Assembly (NCBI GenBank): GCA_017654855.1
Contig: CM030333.1
Span: 4,340,001 to 4,404,000 of the forward strand
Direction of reading: 5' to 3'
DNA from: Podospora anserina
Lineage: Eukaryota
Length of the DNA stretch: 64,000 nt
A program made the position numbers and the translations under genes. Of the stretch, positions 1 through 11,203 are shown piece after piece (within the stretch, counting starts at the first letter, position 1; each line of letters begins with the position of its first letter). The notes beneath the pieces were generated by a model. It did not search any database and was not told the origin of the DNA. It was given only the letters and a program-made list of their open reading frames with translations.

Positions 1-1272
1 GTGGGTACAATGTCGATCGTATCCTGCGTGCCAAGGCTGCTGAGGCCAGAATCGCGGAGGAAGCGAGACGCAAGGCTCTCGAGGCAGAACAGAGCAAGAT
101 TCGGGAGCGGGAACAGGAGTGGGAACAGAATCGTGCGGCAGAGGCTGCGCGTCAAGAGATTAAGACGCCCACTCGTGATCAGATGCCTGGTGCCTTCCAC
201 GATTCACCCGAAGATGACCATGCTTTGGCTCCTCCGCCGCAACAACAGAAATACAGAAGGGGCTTCTTTTCTGATTTGACCAGACGGCTGGGACTGGACA
301 CCGGGGATGACGGCGAGCAACAAAGGCAACTCGAAAACTTTGCACCTCCCTCCCAACCTGAACGAGACACCAAACGCCCTGTCTCCTCTGGAGAAAACAA
401 AACCCGCAAAGCAGACGACGGCCGGGTCACCTCCCCAGCAGTCGTCCAGCAAAACCTGCTCAACGCGATCAACTCGACCCGCGCTCACGACTCGACCAGC
501 CTCTTCTCTCCCCCTACCGAGAGGGAAGTCAAAGAAAAGGCTGTCTACTGCGACACCACCCCGGCACAAAACATCACTTTCGCGGCGGAGGCCCCCCGCG
601 GAATGCGAGTCTTTATCTCCAAAGACATCTCCACTGACGCCTCAACCTTTTTGGCGAACAATATCGCCGAAATCAAGCAGTTTGAGCTGTTGCTGAGTGA
701 CTGCGGGGAGATTTACCGGTTGCCGGCGAAGGCGCTACATATCTTTTATGATGAAACGGGTGGGACGATTGCTTTTAATGCGAACGGGAGTGTGTTTTGC
801 AATTTGAGGTTTTTTAACCAGCTTCATCGTGCTGTGGGGGATAATGGGATAGGGGTGGGGAGGGAGTTGAAGGGGCAGAAGAGGGTGGAGGCTACGACTT
901 GGTGGTGGGTTGTGTTGGCGCATGAGCTGGCGCATAATCTTGTGAGGGAGCATGATGCGAAGCATAGTTATTATACGTAAGTTCTCACTAGGGGGTTGGG
1001 ATGGGGATGGATGAATGGGGGCTAACATTGGGGATGACAGGGAGAGCTTTATTCAGCAGTATTTTCCGAGCATGATGGCCAAGGCTGTGGGTTGGATGGC
1101 TGAGGGTGGGAATGCTGGGAGTGCCTCCGGGGGTGGTTCGGTTTTGCCATCCTCGGGGAGACAGCAGGGTGTTCCTAGGGCTGGTACGCAGCAGAGCACC
1201 GCTAGTACTGCTGCTGCTGCTCCGCCGCCGCCGTATACCGAGGGACGGTTTGCGGGGGCAGCAGCCGAGTAA
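1..1272 (+). CDS. 3' part of a large conserved fungal protein (probably DUF3684/sacsin-like family) with C-terminal HELAH (HExxH) motif; 5' end outside window
   Basis: Frame 3 open from window start (GYNVDRILRAKAAEARIAEE...) to WWWVVLAHELAHNLVREHDAKHSYYT; intron 977-1040 (GTAAGT..GCTAAC..GACAG); last exon ESFIQQYF...AAE* ends 1272. Confidence 0.75.
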
Positions 1273-3340
1273 ACGGGCTAGTTATTGGTGAGGATGAGGT
1301 GAGGGTGTTGTTGGGATAGAGTATGCAGGACATTGGAGTTCTGATTTAGACACAGAGGGCTAGCTGGCTATACATGAGCACGGAGCAATGGTTTCTGGAT
1401 TCTTTTGCGAGAATTTCGGGATGGGATAGGATGAGACTTGATGGGTTCGGATAGGAACTGGATTAGTGCATACCGCAGTAGGTAGGAATACATGTAAACA
1501 TTATTAGATGAAGATCAGATGTTGGCGTCGGGGTGTGCTCGGTGTGTTGTTTGTGCACTGGGTAAGAGCGGGAGGCGAGGATGTTTTGTGTTATGAGAGA
1601 GAGTGTGGCGCTAGGATATTGCTTTGCCCCTGACAGGCACAAGACCTCCGTGGTTTCGGGGTGGGTTCCGCATAAGTTCTTCCAGTGTCAGCTTCCGGAC
1701 TCTTGAACGACAGGTCACGGTAGGCATGTACCTTGTGGGCGGAATGGCAGTTCGGACATGCGACGAACTTTGACAGGAAGCTTATTGTGCATTCAGTCTC
1801 GGTGGTTGCTCGGGGTGTTTCTTATTTCTAGATGGCGAATGGTTGTCATCAGGAGGTTGATGGCACTAGGTAGTGAGTGTGTGGGCATCACGGTGTCGGC
1901 AATAGTACACACAAGTTAGGTATCCAAGTACGTAGGTGCTCAACCATCCCTGAATTGACAACTTGTTATGATTTATCTATTTCGGGATGAACTTACCCCC
2001 ACACAAAACACACCTCTTCCACCACGCTCACACTTGTAACCGAGAGACAACTCTTTCCTAGGAGAGTATTCTGTGATCAGAAAGGCCGATTACTACCATG
2101 TTTTTTTTTGTAGGGCGTACCTAATGTGAATGATGGGAGTTTGAATGTCCGACGTTAGCCATACTGATACGTTACCCCGCTTCGGGCGTCATTGAAGAAA
2201 GGAAAGAGCGGGGCAGGGGGGATGGGATGTAAGGGGGGCGTTAGTCGTACTCGGGGGGGGCAAATGCCGAGTGAAGACCGAGAATGCCGTTCGTTTTGAA
2301 GTACCGGAAACCACCAGGCACGGGAATGAACTGACCGAGCGGTTGAAGAGAGACAGTGCGTTGCAGATGTCACTTTGATGATGGGAAGGTTTTTTGGTGA
2401 GGGGTTAGTGAGGACCTTGAGGGGTTGAGGTGACGGGATGGTCTGTGTGAATTGGGCATCGGATCGGAGGGTCAAACGGCGAACTACACCAATGATCGAT
2501 GTATGGCCTAGAGGTTGACCTCGGCTCTCAACCTTATCGTCATTGAATCCTTTTCAGAGTGCTTTGCCTGTTGCTCTGGTACTGATTTCATACTCTGGAT
2601 GAGAGATACTCAACATTCAACGGTTGAGTCGAGGTTCTTTCTTCCTTCAGGTGTACACAGTAAGTCCAGTCCTCCTAGTTTTCAAGCGTGTGACATTCCC
2701 CTAATTCATCCACCCGTCCATTGACGAATAGGAAACCGATTGGCAAATACCATCATCAACTGTATGAATTGGGGGCGTTGTCTGGTTCTGTTCCACATTC
2801 CCGAATCCCTTGTTTTTTCCCTCCAACCAACCGCCTTCCTTTCTTCCTTTCCAAGATGAGGGGAATGACCGTTAGAGGTCGCTTCGGGAGTCGATCGAAC
2901 GTGATACACGATCGGTTTTTGCTGAGAGCGAAGAGGAGGAGAAAGGCATGGCAGATGATCACGAACTAACTAATCGAACTGCTAATCGCTAGAGAAAGGG
3001 GGGCAATCACTTGGATGCATAAATACTCGCTGCTTCTTTCCCTCTTCTCAAAATATCAACCCCCTTCTCTTGCTCATTCTTTCTTCAATCTCAATTCAAT
3101 TACTCCTCGGTGCTTGTTCTGCGTCAAGGTAACAGTACCACCACTTACACGCAACAGATATACATCGTACGTCCCGTCCCGTCCTTTACAACTCCCGCCT
3201 CGCCGAGTCCAACCATCTCAGAATCTATATAAAGAGATCAACTCCTCTCCCGCCCTCCCGTTTGATCCTCAACCTGCCGGTACTCTTGGTTCATTCAACT
3301 TCTATTTCACACACTTCTTCTTCAACGGTAACAAGTCAAA

Positions 3341-3968
3341 ATGGTATTCTTCATCCCCCGTCTGGCCTCTCGTTCTTCTTCTTCTTCTGCCCTCCTCCCT
3401 TCCCTACTACGATCCTCCCTTTCGATCCCTCGTCCCGCTGCTACTCGGCTTCTCTTCCAACAAACCCGCCTGCTAACGACGCAACGTGAAAAGGTCAAAG
3501 TACTTGCCGTTCTGTACGATGGTGGGAAGCACGCTGAGGAGGTAACTAAACCGCCCCTTTCCTTCCTTCCTTTCCTTACCCTCTCTCCTCTTCTCAACTT
3601 TCGCAGTATGGAGGAATGTCAAATGCGGGGTCTGGTGGTTCAATCTGGGGAAGCACACCACACCTACCTTAGAGTGGTCTCGGCATACATTCGGGGAAGT
3701 GGGGCAAACATGCAATGGCGGGATACCCATCCCGTGCCGTGTGTTCGGCGCCGGTGGCATGTGGGGTGTGTAAAGGGAGTCGAAGGCTGACGGAACACAA
3801 AAATAGGTCCCCGGCCTCCTAGGCACCACCGAGAACGAGCTCGGAATCCGCAAGTGGCTCGAGGACCAGGGCCACACTCTGGTGACGACTTCTGACAAGG
3901 AGGGGGAGAACTCTACTTTTGACAAGGAGTTGGTCGACGCCGAGGTTATCATTACTACTCCGTATGTT

Positions 3969-4010
<42 letters not shown>

Positions 4011-5042
4011 ACCCAAAAAAAAAAGGGGGTCTGATGAGCCTCACAAGATGTTGATGCTTTGATACAAAAAAACAGATTCCACCCCGGCTACCTCACCGCC
4101 GAGCGCCTCGCCAAGGCAAAGAAGCTCAAGCTCGCCATCACGGCCGGCATCGGCTCCGACCATGTCGACCTCAACGCCGCCAACAAGACCAACGGCGGTA
4201 TCACGGTTGCCGAAGTCACCGGCTCCAACGTTGTTTCCGTTGCCGAGCACGTCGTCATGACCATCCTTGTTCTTGTCAGGAATTTCGTCCCCGCTCACGA
4301 GATGATTGAGCAAGGTCGTTGGGATGTTGCCGAGGCGGCCAAGAATGAGTTTGATCTCGAGGACAAGGTCGTCGGTACCGTGGCTGTTGGCCGCATCGGT
4401 GAGCGTGTGCTCCGCCGCCTCAAGGCGTTTGACTGCAAGGAGCTTCTCTACTACGACTACCAGCCTCTGAGCCCTGAGAAGGAGAAGGAGATTGGCTGCC
4501 GCAGGGTGGACTCGCTCGAGGAGATGCTTGCGCAGTGTGATGTTGTCACAATCAACTGCCCTCTTCACGAGAAGACCAAGGGATTGTTTAACAAGGATTT
4601 GATTGCCAAGATGAAGCCTGGTATGTTTTTCTGATGTCAGGACCAAGAAGGTGATAGCTAACAGATGATAGGCTCATGGCTCGTCAACACTGCCCGTGGC
4701 GCCATTGTCGTGAAGGAGGACGTCGCCGAGGCGCTCAAGTCTGGCCACCTCCGCGGCTATGGCGGTGATGTCTGGTTCCCCCAGCCCGCTCCTGCCGACC
4801 ACGTACTGCGGACGGCCAAGAACCCCTTTGGTGGTGGCAACGCCATGGTCCCCCACATGTCTGGTACTTCGCTCGATGCCCAGAAGAGGTACGCTCTCGG
4901 CACCAAGTCCATCTTGGAGAGCTACCTGTCGGGCAAGTTCGACTACAAGCCTGAGGATCTGATTGTACACGGCGGTGATTATGCCACCAAGGCTTATGGT
5001 GAGCGGGCCAAGCTTGTCAAGAAGGATGTCGCTGGTGCGTAA
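3341..5042 (+). CDS. fdh: NAD-dependent formate dehydrogenase
   Basis: Spliced protein [30 protein letters not shown]...[15 protein letters not shown]...GRIG...NTARG...[11 protein letters not shown]; introns 3344-3493, 3542-3806, 3962-4075, 4621-4671. Confidence 0.96.
3969..4012. repeat. (CT)n(CA)n compound microsatellite in FDH intron 3
   Basis: Direct reading of tctctc...cacaca run. Confidence 0.9.
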
Positions 5043-5198
5043 AGTGGTTGTTGAGGGCGGCGAATGGGATTTTTTAGCAAGCACGGGACTTGGAAGCCTC
5101 ACACAGGTAGCTGACCGCGGCTTTTTATGAGATATGAAGAATATGATATCGTTAATTCACATATGGGACCGATGCCTGTGAAGATAAGCTGTGAATAC

Positions 5199-6017
5199 TC
5201 AGCGCCGGCCCCGACTTCTGCTGCGCCGGCGATCGTGGTGCCTGGACCTTTCGTGCCTATCTCTGCTCCGGCTTCGACTTCTACTCCGGTGTCTGCGCTG
5301 GCCGGATTCGCGGGTGAATCTAGGTCCATCATTGTCGTCTTGTCTTGATCTGTGGCTGCGGCTGTGTCGATCATCGTCGCGTTCTGGGCTGCGACTCCTC
5401 CGGCGGTGTCTTCGCTCCCTGTCTTCCCCGTCTGGCCTGTCCCGTCTTCGTTCCCTGCTGCGACTGCGATCACGATGACCATCCCGGCTCCTGTGTCTCC
5501 TCCTGTGTCGTCTTTCCGAGTCCTCGTCTCTATCGAGATGCCGGTGCCGATGTCTGTGTTCCCTGTCACCCATGTCTCGCGGCGCCTCTGACCCCTTCTT
5601 ATCCTCCTCCTCCTTCTCTTCCTCCTCATACATAAGTGCCCTCGCAGGCCCCTTGACTACCCTCGCCGATGGTCCATCTGCCGGTACCTCCACCGCGTTC
5701 GCCCCGCTGGCATTCCTCACCGGGGGAGGTAGCCCTAGAGCCAGCGCAATCGCGTCCTCCTCGGCCTCCTTGATCTTGCGAATCTCATCGCGGCGCTCGC
5801 GGGCTGCTCTCTCTTCCTCTGTCTCGTTCGAGTCGGCGGCGGTGGCGTCGGCTTTGGCGTACCAGTTGAGGTCTCTGCCTTTGGCCCAACGGCCCACGGG
5901 GGCTTTGAGGGAGTGGCCTAGGTAGTTTTCTCTGTGGGCCGAGGTGGCTACTTCGTCCCAGGAGAAGTTGACGCCGCCGCGGGAGCCGGTTTTGCGAACT
6001 GTGGAAAGGAGGTCCAT
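5199..6017 (-). CDS. MMTAG2-like (multiple myeloma tumor-associated protein 2 family) RS-rich nuclear protein
   Basis: MDLLSTVRKTGSRGGVNFSWDEV...RENYLGHSLKAPVGRWAKGRDLNWYAK N-terminus and long R/S/D/H-rich tail; ATG at 6017. Confidence 0.85.
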   Translation of the reverse strand: MDLLSTVRKTGSRGGVNFSWDEVATSAHRENYLGHSLKAPVGRWAKGRDLNWYAKADATAADSNETEEERAARERRDEIRKIKEAEEDAIALALGLPPPVRNASGANAVEVPADGPSARVVKGPARALMYEEEEKEEEDKKGSEAPRDMGDREHRHRHRHLDRDEDSERRHRRRHRSRDGHRDRSRSRERRRDRPDGEDRERRHRRRSRSPERDDDRHSRSHRSRQDDNDGPRFTRESGQRRHRSRSRSRSRDRHERSRHHDRRRSRSRGRR

Positions 6018-6422
6018 GGCAGTTAGTTGCAGGGTTGTTGGTGGGGGAGATAGGTGGTTGGAAGGTCGCAACTTCCGGGGTTGGATGTTTGTGAATGTTG
6101 ACAGGAAGGAAGTCGCGACGTCAGAAAGTCGTTGAACTGGGGAAGGTGCCAAGAATGTGCATCCTGGGGGCTTGCAGGCTGCCCCACTTACCCAACGTTC
6201 TGGAAGGTGGCAGGGGTCTGCGGGGCATCGGGACTGCAGGGGAGCTGCCCGCCGCTGTTTACTTTCTGGAGCTCTCTTCTTCTGCTGATTGAAACTCGAA
6301 ACTTTACAACCATCTTCTCGACCAACCTCCCTTGACCGACAACATTCTCCCCCTTCTTCTCCTACTTGGACGAGTAGCTTACCTTCTATCATCACAAGCA
6401 AAATTCTAAGCGGCAGTGCACA

Positions 6423-7436
6423 ATGGCAACCACCTCCTCCAGGAGCGATCCTCTGGATGAGATCCGCTTCACCGGCCCAGTCGAGTTCGAGGGGGGCATC
6501 CACAACAACAGTGTGCTCTACTACTTCGCTACCTCGCCCTTTTACGACAAGACCTCCAACAATGAGGTTCTCTTTCAGCAGGGTCTCAACAATCCCAACA
6601 TGATGCAATTCCTGGCCACCCGAGAGGCTTTTGAGGGCCGCTTGCGCACCATGTCTGGCCTCGAGTTCATCGTTGCCCAGGAGCCAGCCGAGACAGGCCC
6701 CGGCGCGGGAACTGGCGTCTGGGTAATCAACAAACAGACACGCCGCAAGAGAAGAGAGGGCGAGGAGGATGAGATCGCTGTCCACTCGGTATACTATATT
6801 GTTGGAGAGCATATTCACATGGCTCCCAGCTTTGCTGACATTATGAGCGCTCGACTCGTAAGTTTGCTGATCTTCTTTCGGCTGCCTGCTGGGCCTCGAC
6901 ACGATGCTAATCATTGTTATTGCGATGTACAGGCAACCATCTCCAACTTCCTCAGCAATATTCTTCCGTCTTCAGCTTCCGTCCAAGCCTGGTCTCCTGC
7001 AACTGGCCGTGTCTACAACCAACCCTCCACTACCACGGCAGGCTCCAATTCTGTCAAAGCTATCACGGCCTCTGCTCAGCAACAATCTCAAGGTTCAAGA
7101 CAACAGAGCGACATCGGTCTCCCCACAACCCGCGACTTTGAAAAAGCTCTCTATCTTCATGAGCAATACGGCGATCAGTACATGGATGAGAACCCCATCA
7201 CCGGACGGCCGGGCGAATTTCACCTCTCCTCCACCGGCAGAGCCAAAGTTAACCTCTCTGCGGCTGCGGCTGCCAAGCCATTACCAGTCAAGCTCCCGAC
7301 AATCAACACCAAAGTGGCCGACAGTCCTCTCACATCAAAACCCACGGGCAAGGAAACCAAAAGCCCCAAAATCCCGGGCGGTCCGGGGAAGCTCAAGAGA
7401 AGGAAGAGCAGCAAAGCTGCTGTTACCCCGTCATAG
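6423..7436 (+). CDS. MED6: Mediator subunit Med6
   Basis: PLDEI...NSVLYYFATSPFYDKTSNN...LRTMSGLEFIV...VWVINKQTRR...YYIVGEHIHMAPS; intron 6858-6932 (GTAAGT..GCTAAT..TACAG). Confidence 0.92.
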   Translation: MATTSSRSDPLDEIRFTGPVEFEGGIHNNSVLYYFATSPFYDKTSNNEVLFQQGLNNPNMMQFLATREAFEGRLRTMSGLEFIVAQEPAETGPGAGTGVWVINKQTRRKRREGEEDEIAVHSVYYIVGEHIHMAPSFADIMSARLVSLLIFFRLPAGPRHDANHCYCDVQATISNFLSNILPSSASVQAWSPATGRVYNQPSTTTAGSNSVKAITASAQQQSQGSRQQSDIGLPTTRDFEKALYLHEQYGDQYMDENPITGRPGEFHLSSTGRAKVNLSAAAAAKPLPVKLPTINTKVADSPLTSKPTGKETKSPKIPGGPGKLKRRKSSKAAVTPS

Positions 7437-7626
7437 AGTAATGGGAATTCGCCTTCCTCAAAGGGCTCTCGAGAGGAGAAGCCAGGTGAAAGTGTTTAAC
7501 ACTTGAGGGATGGGAGTGGCACTGATTCAGGGCACAATTCAGACTCTGCTCAGAATCCCCCAAACCAGCCATCAACAATTCACGGCCAGCAATCAGGATT
7601 TCCAGGGCAATCTTCAAGTTCCCAAT

Positions 7627-8739
7627 ATGAGCTCACAGCCTGGGGCAAGCTCTCAGGTCAGTCAGCCCAATAACCAGACGCAGTCAGCGAACCAGAAAAA
7701 TAAACCACCCCACACCCCCGAGGATGATGACCACCCACCTCTCTTTTTGGGCTCCAGTTCCGCGAAGGATCCTATTTCTGATAAGGACCCTGCTTTTGAG
7801 AAGGACACCAGCTCTGGGGAGGATACCGATTCGAAAAAGGAGGTCAGCTCTGAGGAGGACGCTGACCCTGAGAAGGACTCAGGCCACGGGGAGTGCTCAG
7901 GTCACGAGGAAGATGCCGCTTCCGAGGAAAACGCCGATTCTAGGGAGGGCTCCGGTTCTGTAACCTCCAGTCCAGGAAGACTGGCCCATGTTTTCAGGGC
8001 GGTGCGGGATGACCGTGAAGTGAGACTTGCCTGCCCTTGGGAAGAAGGTTACCTTGATCTTCCAGGCGGGCCTCTTCGGCCTCCTGGCAAAATCTTCAAT
8101 CCTTTCGATCCCGGTTGGAATCTTGCTCGCAACAGAATGGATGCGCTTGGCCATCCCTATTGGTATTTCGACGGCCCTAAACCGGACAACAACACTGGGT
8201 ATAGATTCTGGAGACAAGCTCAAAGAGCGGCACGAGTGTGTATCTATCTTCTATGGGCGAGGGGCCCACTGAACCTAGTCACTAAGGACCTGGTGGGCCT
8301 CCTGAACATGGATTCGCGCCCAACTGGTGCAAGTGGCCTCCCGGTTTTGAAGCTATTAGCCATCAAGTGCTTTTTTACTATGCTCATGGACAACAGGATG
8401 AAAAGGCTGACGACGTGGCCGATGACGGATGATGCTAGTTACGCTCGGCGTAACCAATTCACGGCCTACGTGCTCTCTGATGTGTTTCTTTGTTTTGAAT
8501 TCACGGGCCGAGAGGGCGAGCCCACAGTGGGAAGGATGCGGAAAGACATGTATACTTACGATTGCATCAACACCTGGCACTTTGAAGGTTTGGCGGCCGG
8601 GAGCGACAAGAGGGGCGTCAAAAGAGCCCGGTTCTGGAACTTCAGGTTGGTGGAAGAGTTGGGAAGGCATCTTGACCGCTTTTTACTCCCCCCTAACCCG
8701 GACTACAAGGACTGGGCAAAGTATGAACACGACAATTGA
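7627..8739 (+). CDS. Hypothetical intronless protein (~370 aa) with acidic 6-residue repeat region; start could be 7510
   Basis: Uninterrupted ORF 7510..8739; low-complexity N-half and aromatic-rich globular-looking C-half; no family recognised. Confidence 0.6.
   Translation: MSSQPGASSQVSQPNNQTQSANQKNKPPHTPEDDDHPPLFLGSSSAKDPISDKDPAFEKDTSSGEDTDSKKEVSSEEDADPEKDSGHGECSGHEEDAASEENADSREGSGSVTSSPGRLAHVFRAVRDDREVRLACPWEEGYLDLPGGPLRPPGKIFNPFDPGWNLARNRMDALGHPYWYFDGPKPDNNTGYRFWRQAQRAARVCIYLLWARGPLNLVTKDLVGLLNMDSRPTGASGLPVLKLLAIKCFFTMLMDNRMKRLTTWPMTDDASYARRNQFTAYVLSDVFLCFEFTGREGEPTVGRMRKDMYTYDCINTWHFEGLAAGSDKRGVKRARFWNFRLVEELGRHLDRFLLPPNPDYKDWAKYEHDN
7762..7959 (+). repeat. Degenerate 18-bp coding minisatellite (~11 units)
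   Basis: Units such as gagaaggacaccagctct / gaggaggacgctgaccct / gagaaggactcaggccac / gaggaagatgccgcttcc in exact 18-nt register. Confidence 0.75.
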
Positions 8740-9504
8740 TGGTATGCACGTGATTGGTTTGAGAGGTCACAAGATGAGAGAGACAGGGAAAATTGCTGCA
8801 GTTATCTGGAAACCCTCTGAACGATATGGCGGATAAAGTGTTTGCGAGGCCGCCCGTGCGTGATGTAAAGGACGAGTACCCTGATGCGGACGCGGAGGAG
8901 CTGCCTGTTTTACGGTGGATGTGGCATCACCGGTTGATTGGGAGTCGAGCGAAAAGGATTGTGATTTGGAGCGAAAACAAAGGAGAAGGGGAAGGCGCAA
9001 GTTTGGACGAGGGAGGAGGTGAGGGGAGAGAAAAAAGAGAGGGAGAGGAGGTGGGAGGAGTTGAGGGTGCGGAGGGAGGCTTTCATGGCGGTTGGGTTAA
9101 TGGAAGGGGGAGGGGGGGAAGAGAGTGGGATCTTTTCGTAGAAGAGGGGGTGTATGTAGCGGAGAATCAAATTCGGAATAGAAGCGAATTAATAATGCAT
9201 GTTGACCATTTTTGGAGGCGTGTTGATAATCTTTCCAAGGTCTTTGCGTTATGTGGCAACTCTTGTCGATTTCTGTTTTTCTACACACACACCTCTTGAT
9301 CAGTCTAAGACCTGTTAACTATCTTAAAGGGCTGTTATTATATGTTTGATACTTGTTCAATTATCTTTGAAGGCGTACTGACTATTATACAAGGTTTTGG
9401 TATCTTGTTGCAGTGTCTACTTTTTTGTCTAAAATGTCTGGCAAGGGAGACGAGGGAGGTGTGTAATGATGGTGGACTTGATGGTGCTGATGTGGAGGTG
9501 ATTT

Positions 9505-9508
<4 letters not shown>

Positions 9509-9561
<53 letters not shown>
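9509..9561. repeat. (GT)n microsatellite
   Basis: Run of ~26 TG/GT units. Confidence 0.95.
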
Positions 9562-9564
<3 letters not shown>

Positions 9565-10189
9565 TGTGTTTGTGTGGGAGGGGGGGGGGATCTTGAGACT
9601 ACTCCCACTTGACGGACTTGGTTCTTTTTTTCTTATTCGTCAGGCGAATATAAAGTTGATATTGCCGCGCACGGCTTGCAGGTTTGTTGGATAGGTACCT
9701 CCTTCACGGCCCAGTTTGGGGGAATCAAGAAAACCAAGATGGGGCTGGAGAAGAGAGGTTGGAGGAAGACAAAAACTGAGCACTTTGGAGACGACGAAGA
9801 TCACTTACACCTTCCGAGGCGGAGCATTCTATTCTTTCCTGACTGGCCAGGTCCGGTGCCAGGACCTTTTGCTATCTTGAGAAACTTTAGACTGCGAAGC
9901 AAAGCAACATGTCGACACTTCTCGGGCTAATCTTTCAGATAACAGTCCACATCTTTCCCCTTCTAACTATCGGGCAGAGCAGAGACCAGCATCGTAAAAC
10001 AACAGACACAAGAACCACAAAATATAGGCAAAGAACAATACTGTGGAAGAAAATGGTACTCATATAATCTAGTTATTTTCCCTCGCAATGATACCCATAT
10101 TGTATTCTGACGCTAGGCAGTTAGCACCATTATCCAAAAGTTGCGATATTTGAAATAGAGTAACAGCTGGAAATATGCGGAGTGGTCAT

Positions 10190-10272
10190 TCAGAAAAAGA
10201 ACAATGTAGGTGATTGGTTATAATCATGGTAGATATAACTCATAAACAGCCTCTCTTGCGAGAATTCATCAT
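10190..10272 (-). ncRNA. Box C/D snoRNA copy 6 (LSU rRNA double guide)
   Basis: ATGATGA (C)...AGAGGCTGTTT-ATGA (guide+D')...ATGATT (C')...CTACATTGTTCTTTTT-CTGA (guide+D); terminal stem TGGTCA/TGACCA (10183-10188, 10274-10279). Confidence 0.88.
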
Positions 10273-10444
10273 TTGACCAAAGTTAAAACCGCGGGGGGGT
10301 GGGAACGTACCTTTGCTGGGGGGGAGCTATTGAGTTGACCGTGTGGAATACACAATGTCTATCTGACGAGATACTGGGCAAGTGTTAGGAACACAGACAG
10401 ACCAGAGTGATGAAATGAGGTGAATGCAAGGGGAAGATGGGGTG

Positions 10445-10528
10445 TCAGGAATAGAACAATGTAGGTGATGTGGTTATAATCATGGTAAGACATAACTCAT
10501 AAACAGCCTCTTTCGAGTAATTCATCAT
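10445..10528 (-). ncRNA. Box C/D snoRNA copy 5
   Basis: ATGATGA...AGAGGCTGTTT-ATGA...ATGATT...CTACATTGTTCTATTC-CTGA. Confidence 0.9.
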
Positions 10529-10698
10529 AGTGGAGATGGGGGCAGCAGAAGATGAAAGAAACGTACCATTGTTAAGGATATACCCCAGTTGATTATCGTT
10601 GAGTTGATGACTCGGCCGAATGAGCAGTTCCTCGAATCGTGTTAGCTTGGCCCAGACTCGAATCAGAGTAGAAAAGGAGGAAGTAAATAGTGTCATGA

Positions 10699-10780
10699 TC
10701 AGAAATAGAACAATGTATAGGTGATGAATGTAATCATGGTAAATTACTCATAAACAGCCTCGTGAGAGAATATGCATCAT
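10699..10780 (-). ncRNA. Box C/D snoRNA copy 4
   Basis: ATGATGC...GAGGCTGTTT-ATGA...ATGATT...TACATTGTTCTATTT-CTGA. Confidence 0.88.
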
Positions 10781-10949
10781 GTGGACCAGTAAAAAAGAGT
10801 GTGTGTCGGGGAGTGTGACATACTATGGCGGACGAGAAGGTGGTGGACCTCAGTGGTCATGGTCAAGAGACGGGCTGTGTTACTGTTGACAGGTTAGTCA
10901 CTGTGCAGTGAAGCGCATGAAAAGAGAAAAGTGTTTCGAGTGTGTCCGA

Positions 10950-11029
10950 TCAGAAATAGAACAATGTATAGGTGTATGTAAATCATCAAAAAAGATCTCA
11001 TAAACAGCCTCGTAAGAGAAATGCATCAT
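10950..11029 (-). ncRNA. Box C/D snoRNA copy 3
   Basis: ATGATGC...GAGGCTGTTT-ATGA...TGATGATT...TACATTGTTCTATTT-CTGA. Confidence 0.88.
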
Positions 11030-11203
11030 GGTGACAGTGTGAAGAATCGAAGAAGGATTGTTACGTACCAAAGAACCAGCAAATGAACTCGTGGCTGAAA
11101 CACGAGAGACGTTCAACTCGTAGGTATCTCCTCAGACTACTCCAGGTTAGCCAATGTGTTCCAGGTTAGGCAGAAGCAGATGAGTTGGCAGTTGATGGTG
11201 TAA

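Noticed and set aside
6018-6914. N-terminal 300 aa of the 571-aa minus ORF
   Set aside because: Antisense to MED6 and across the shared promoter; the conserved protein starts at MDLLSTVRK (6017).
6858-6932. In-frame stop-free introns in MED6 (and PRP45, questin-oxidase-like, 5-phosphatase)
   Set aside because: Short 3n introns lack stops often by chance; encoded peptides show no targeting character, unlike FDH intron 1.
8767-9930. Several small ORFs (8793-9299, 9342-9596, etc.)
   Set aside because: Low-complexity or microsatellite-derived, no recognisable motifs or coherent splice structure.
10445-11116. Short minus-strand ORFs sharing YSxEAVYE
   Set aside because: Accidental translation of the repeated snoRNA; indels between copies do not preserve frame.
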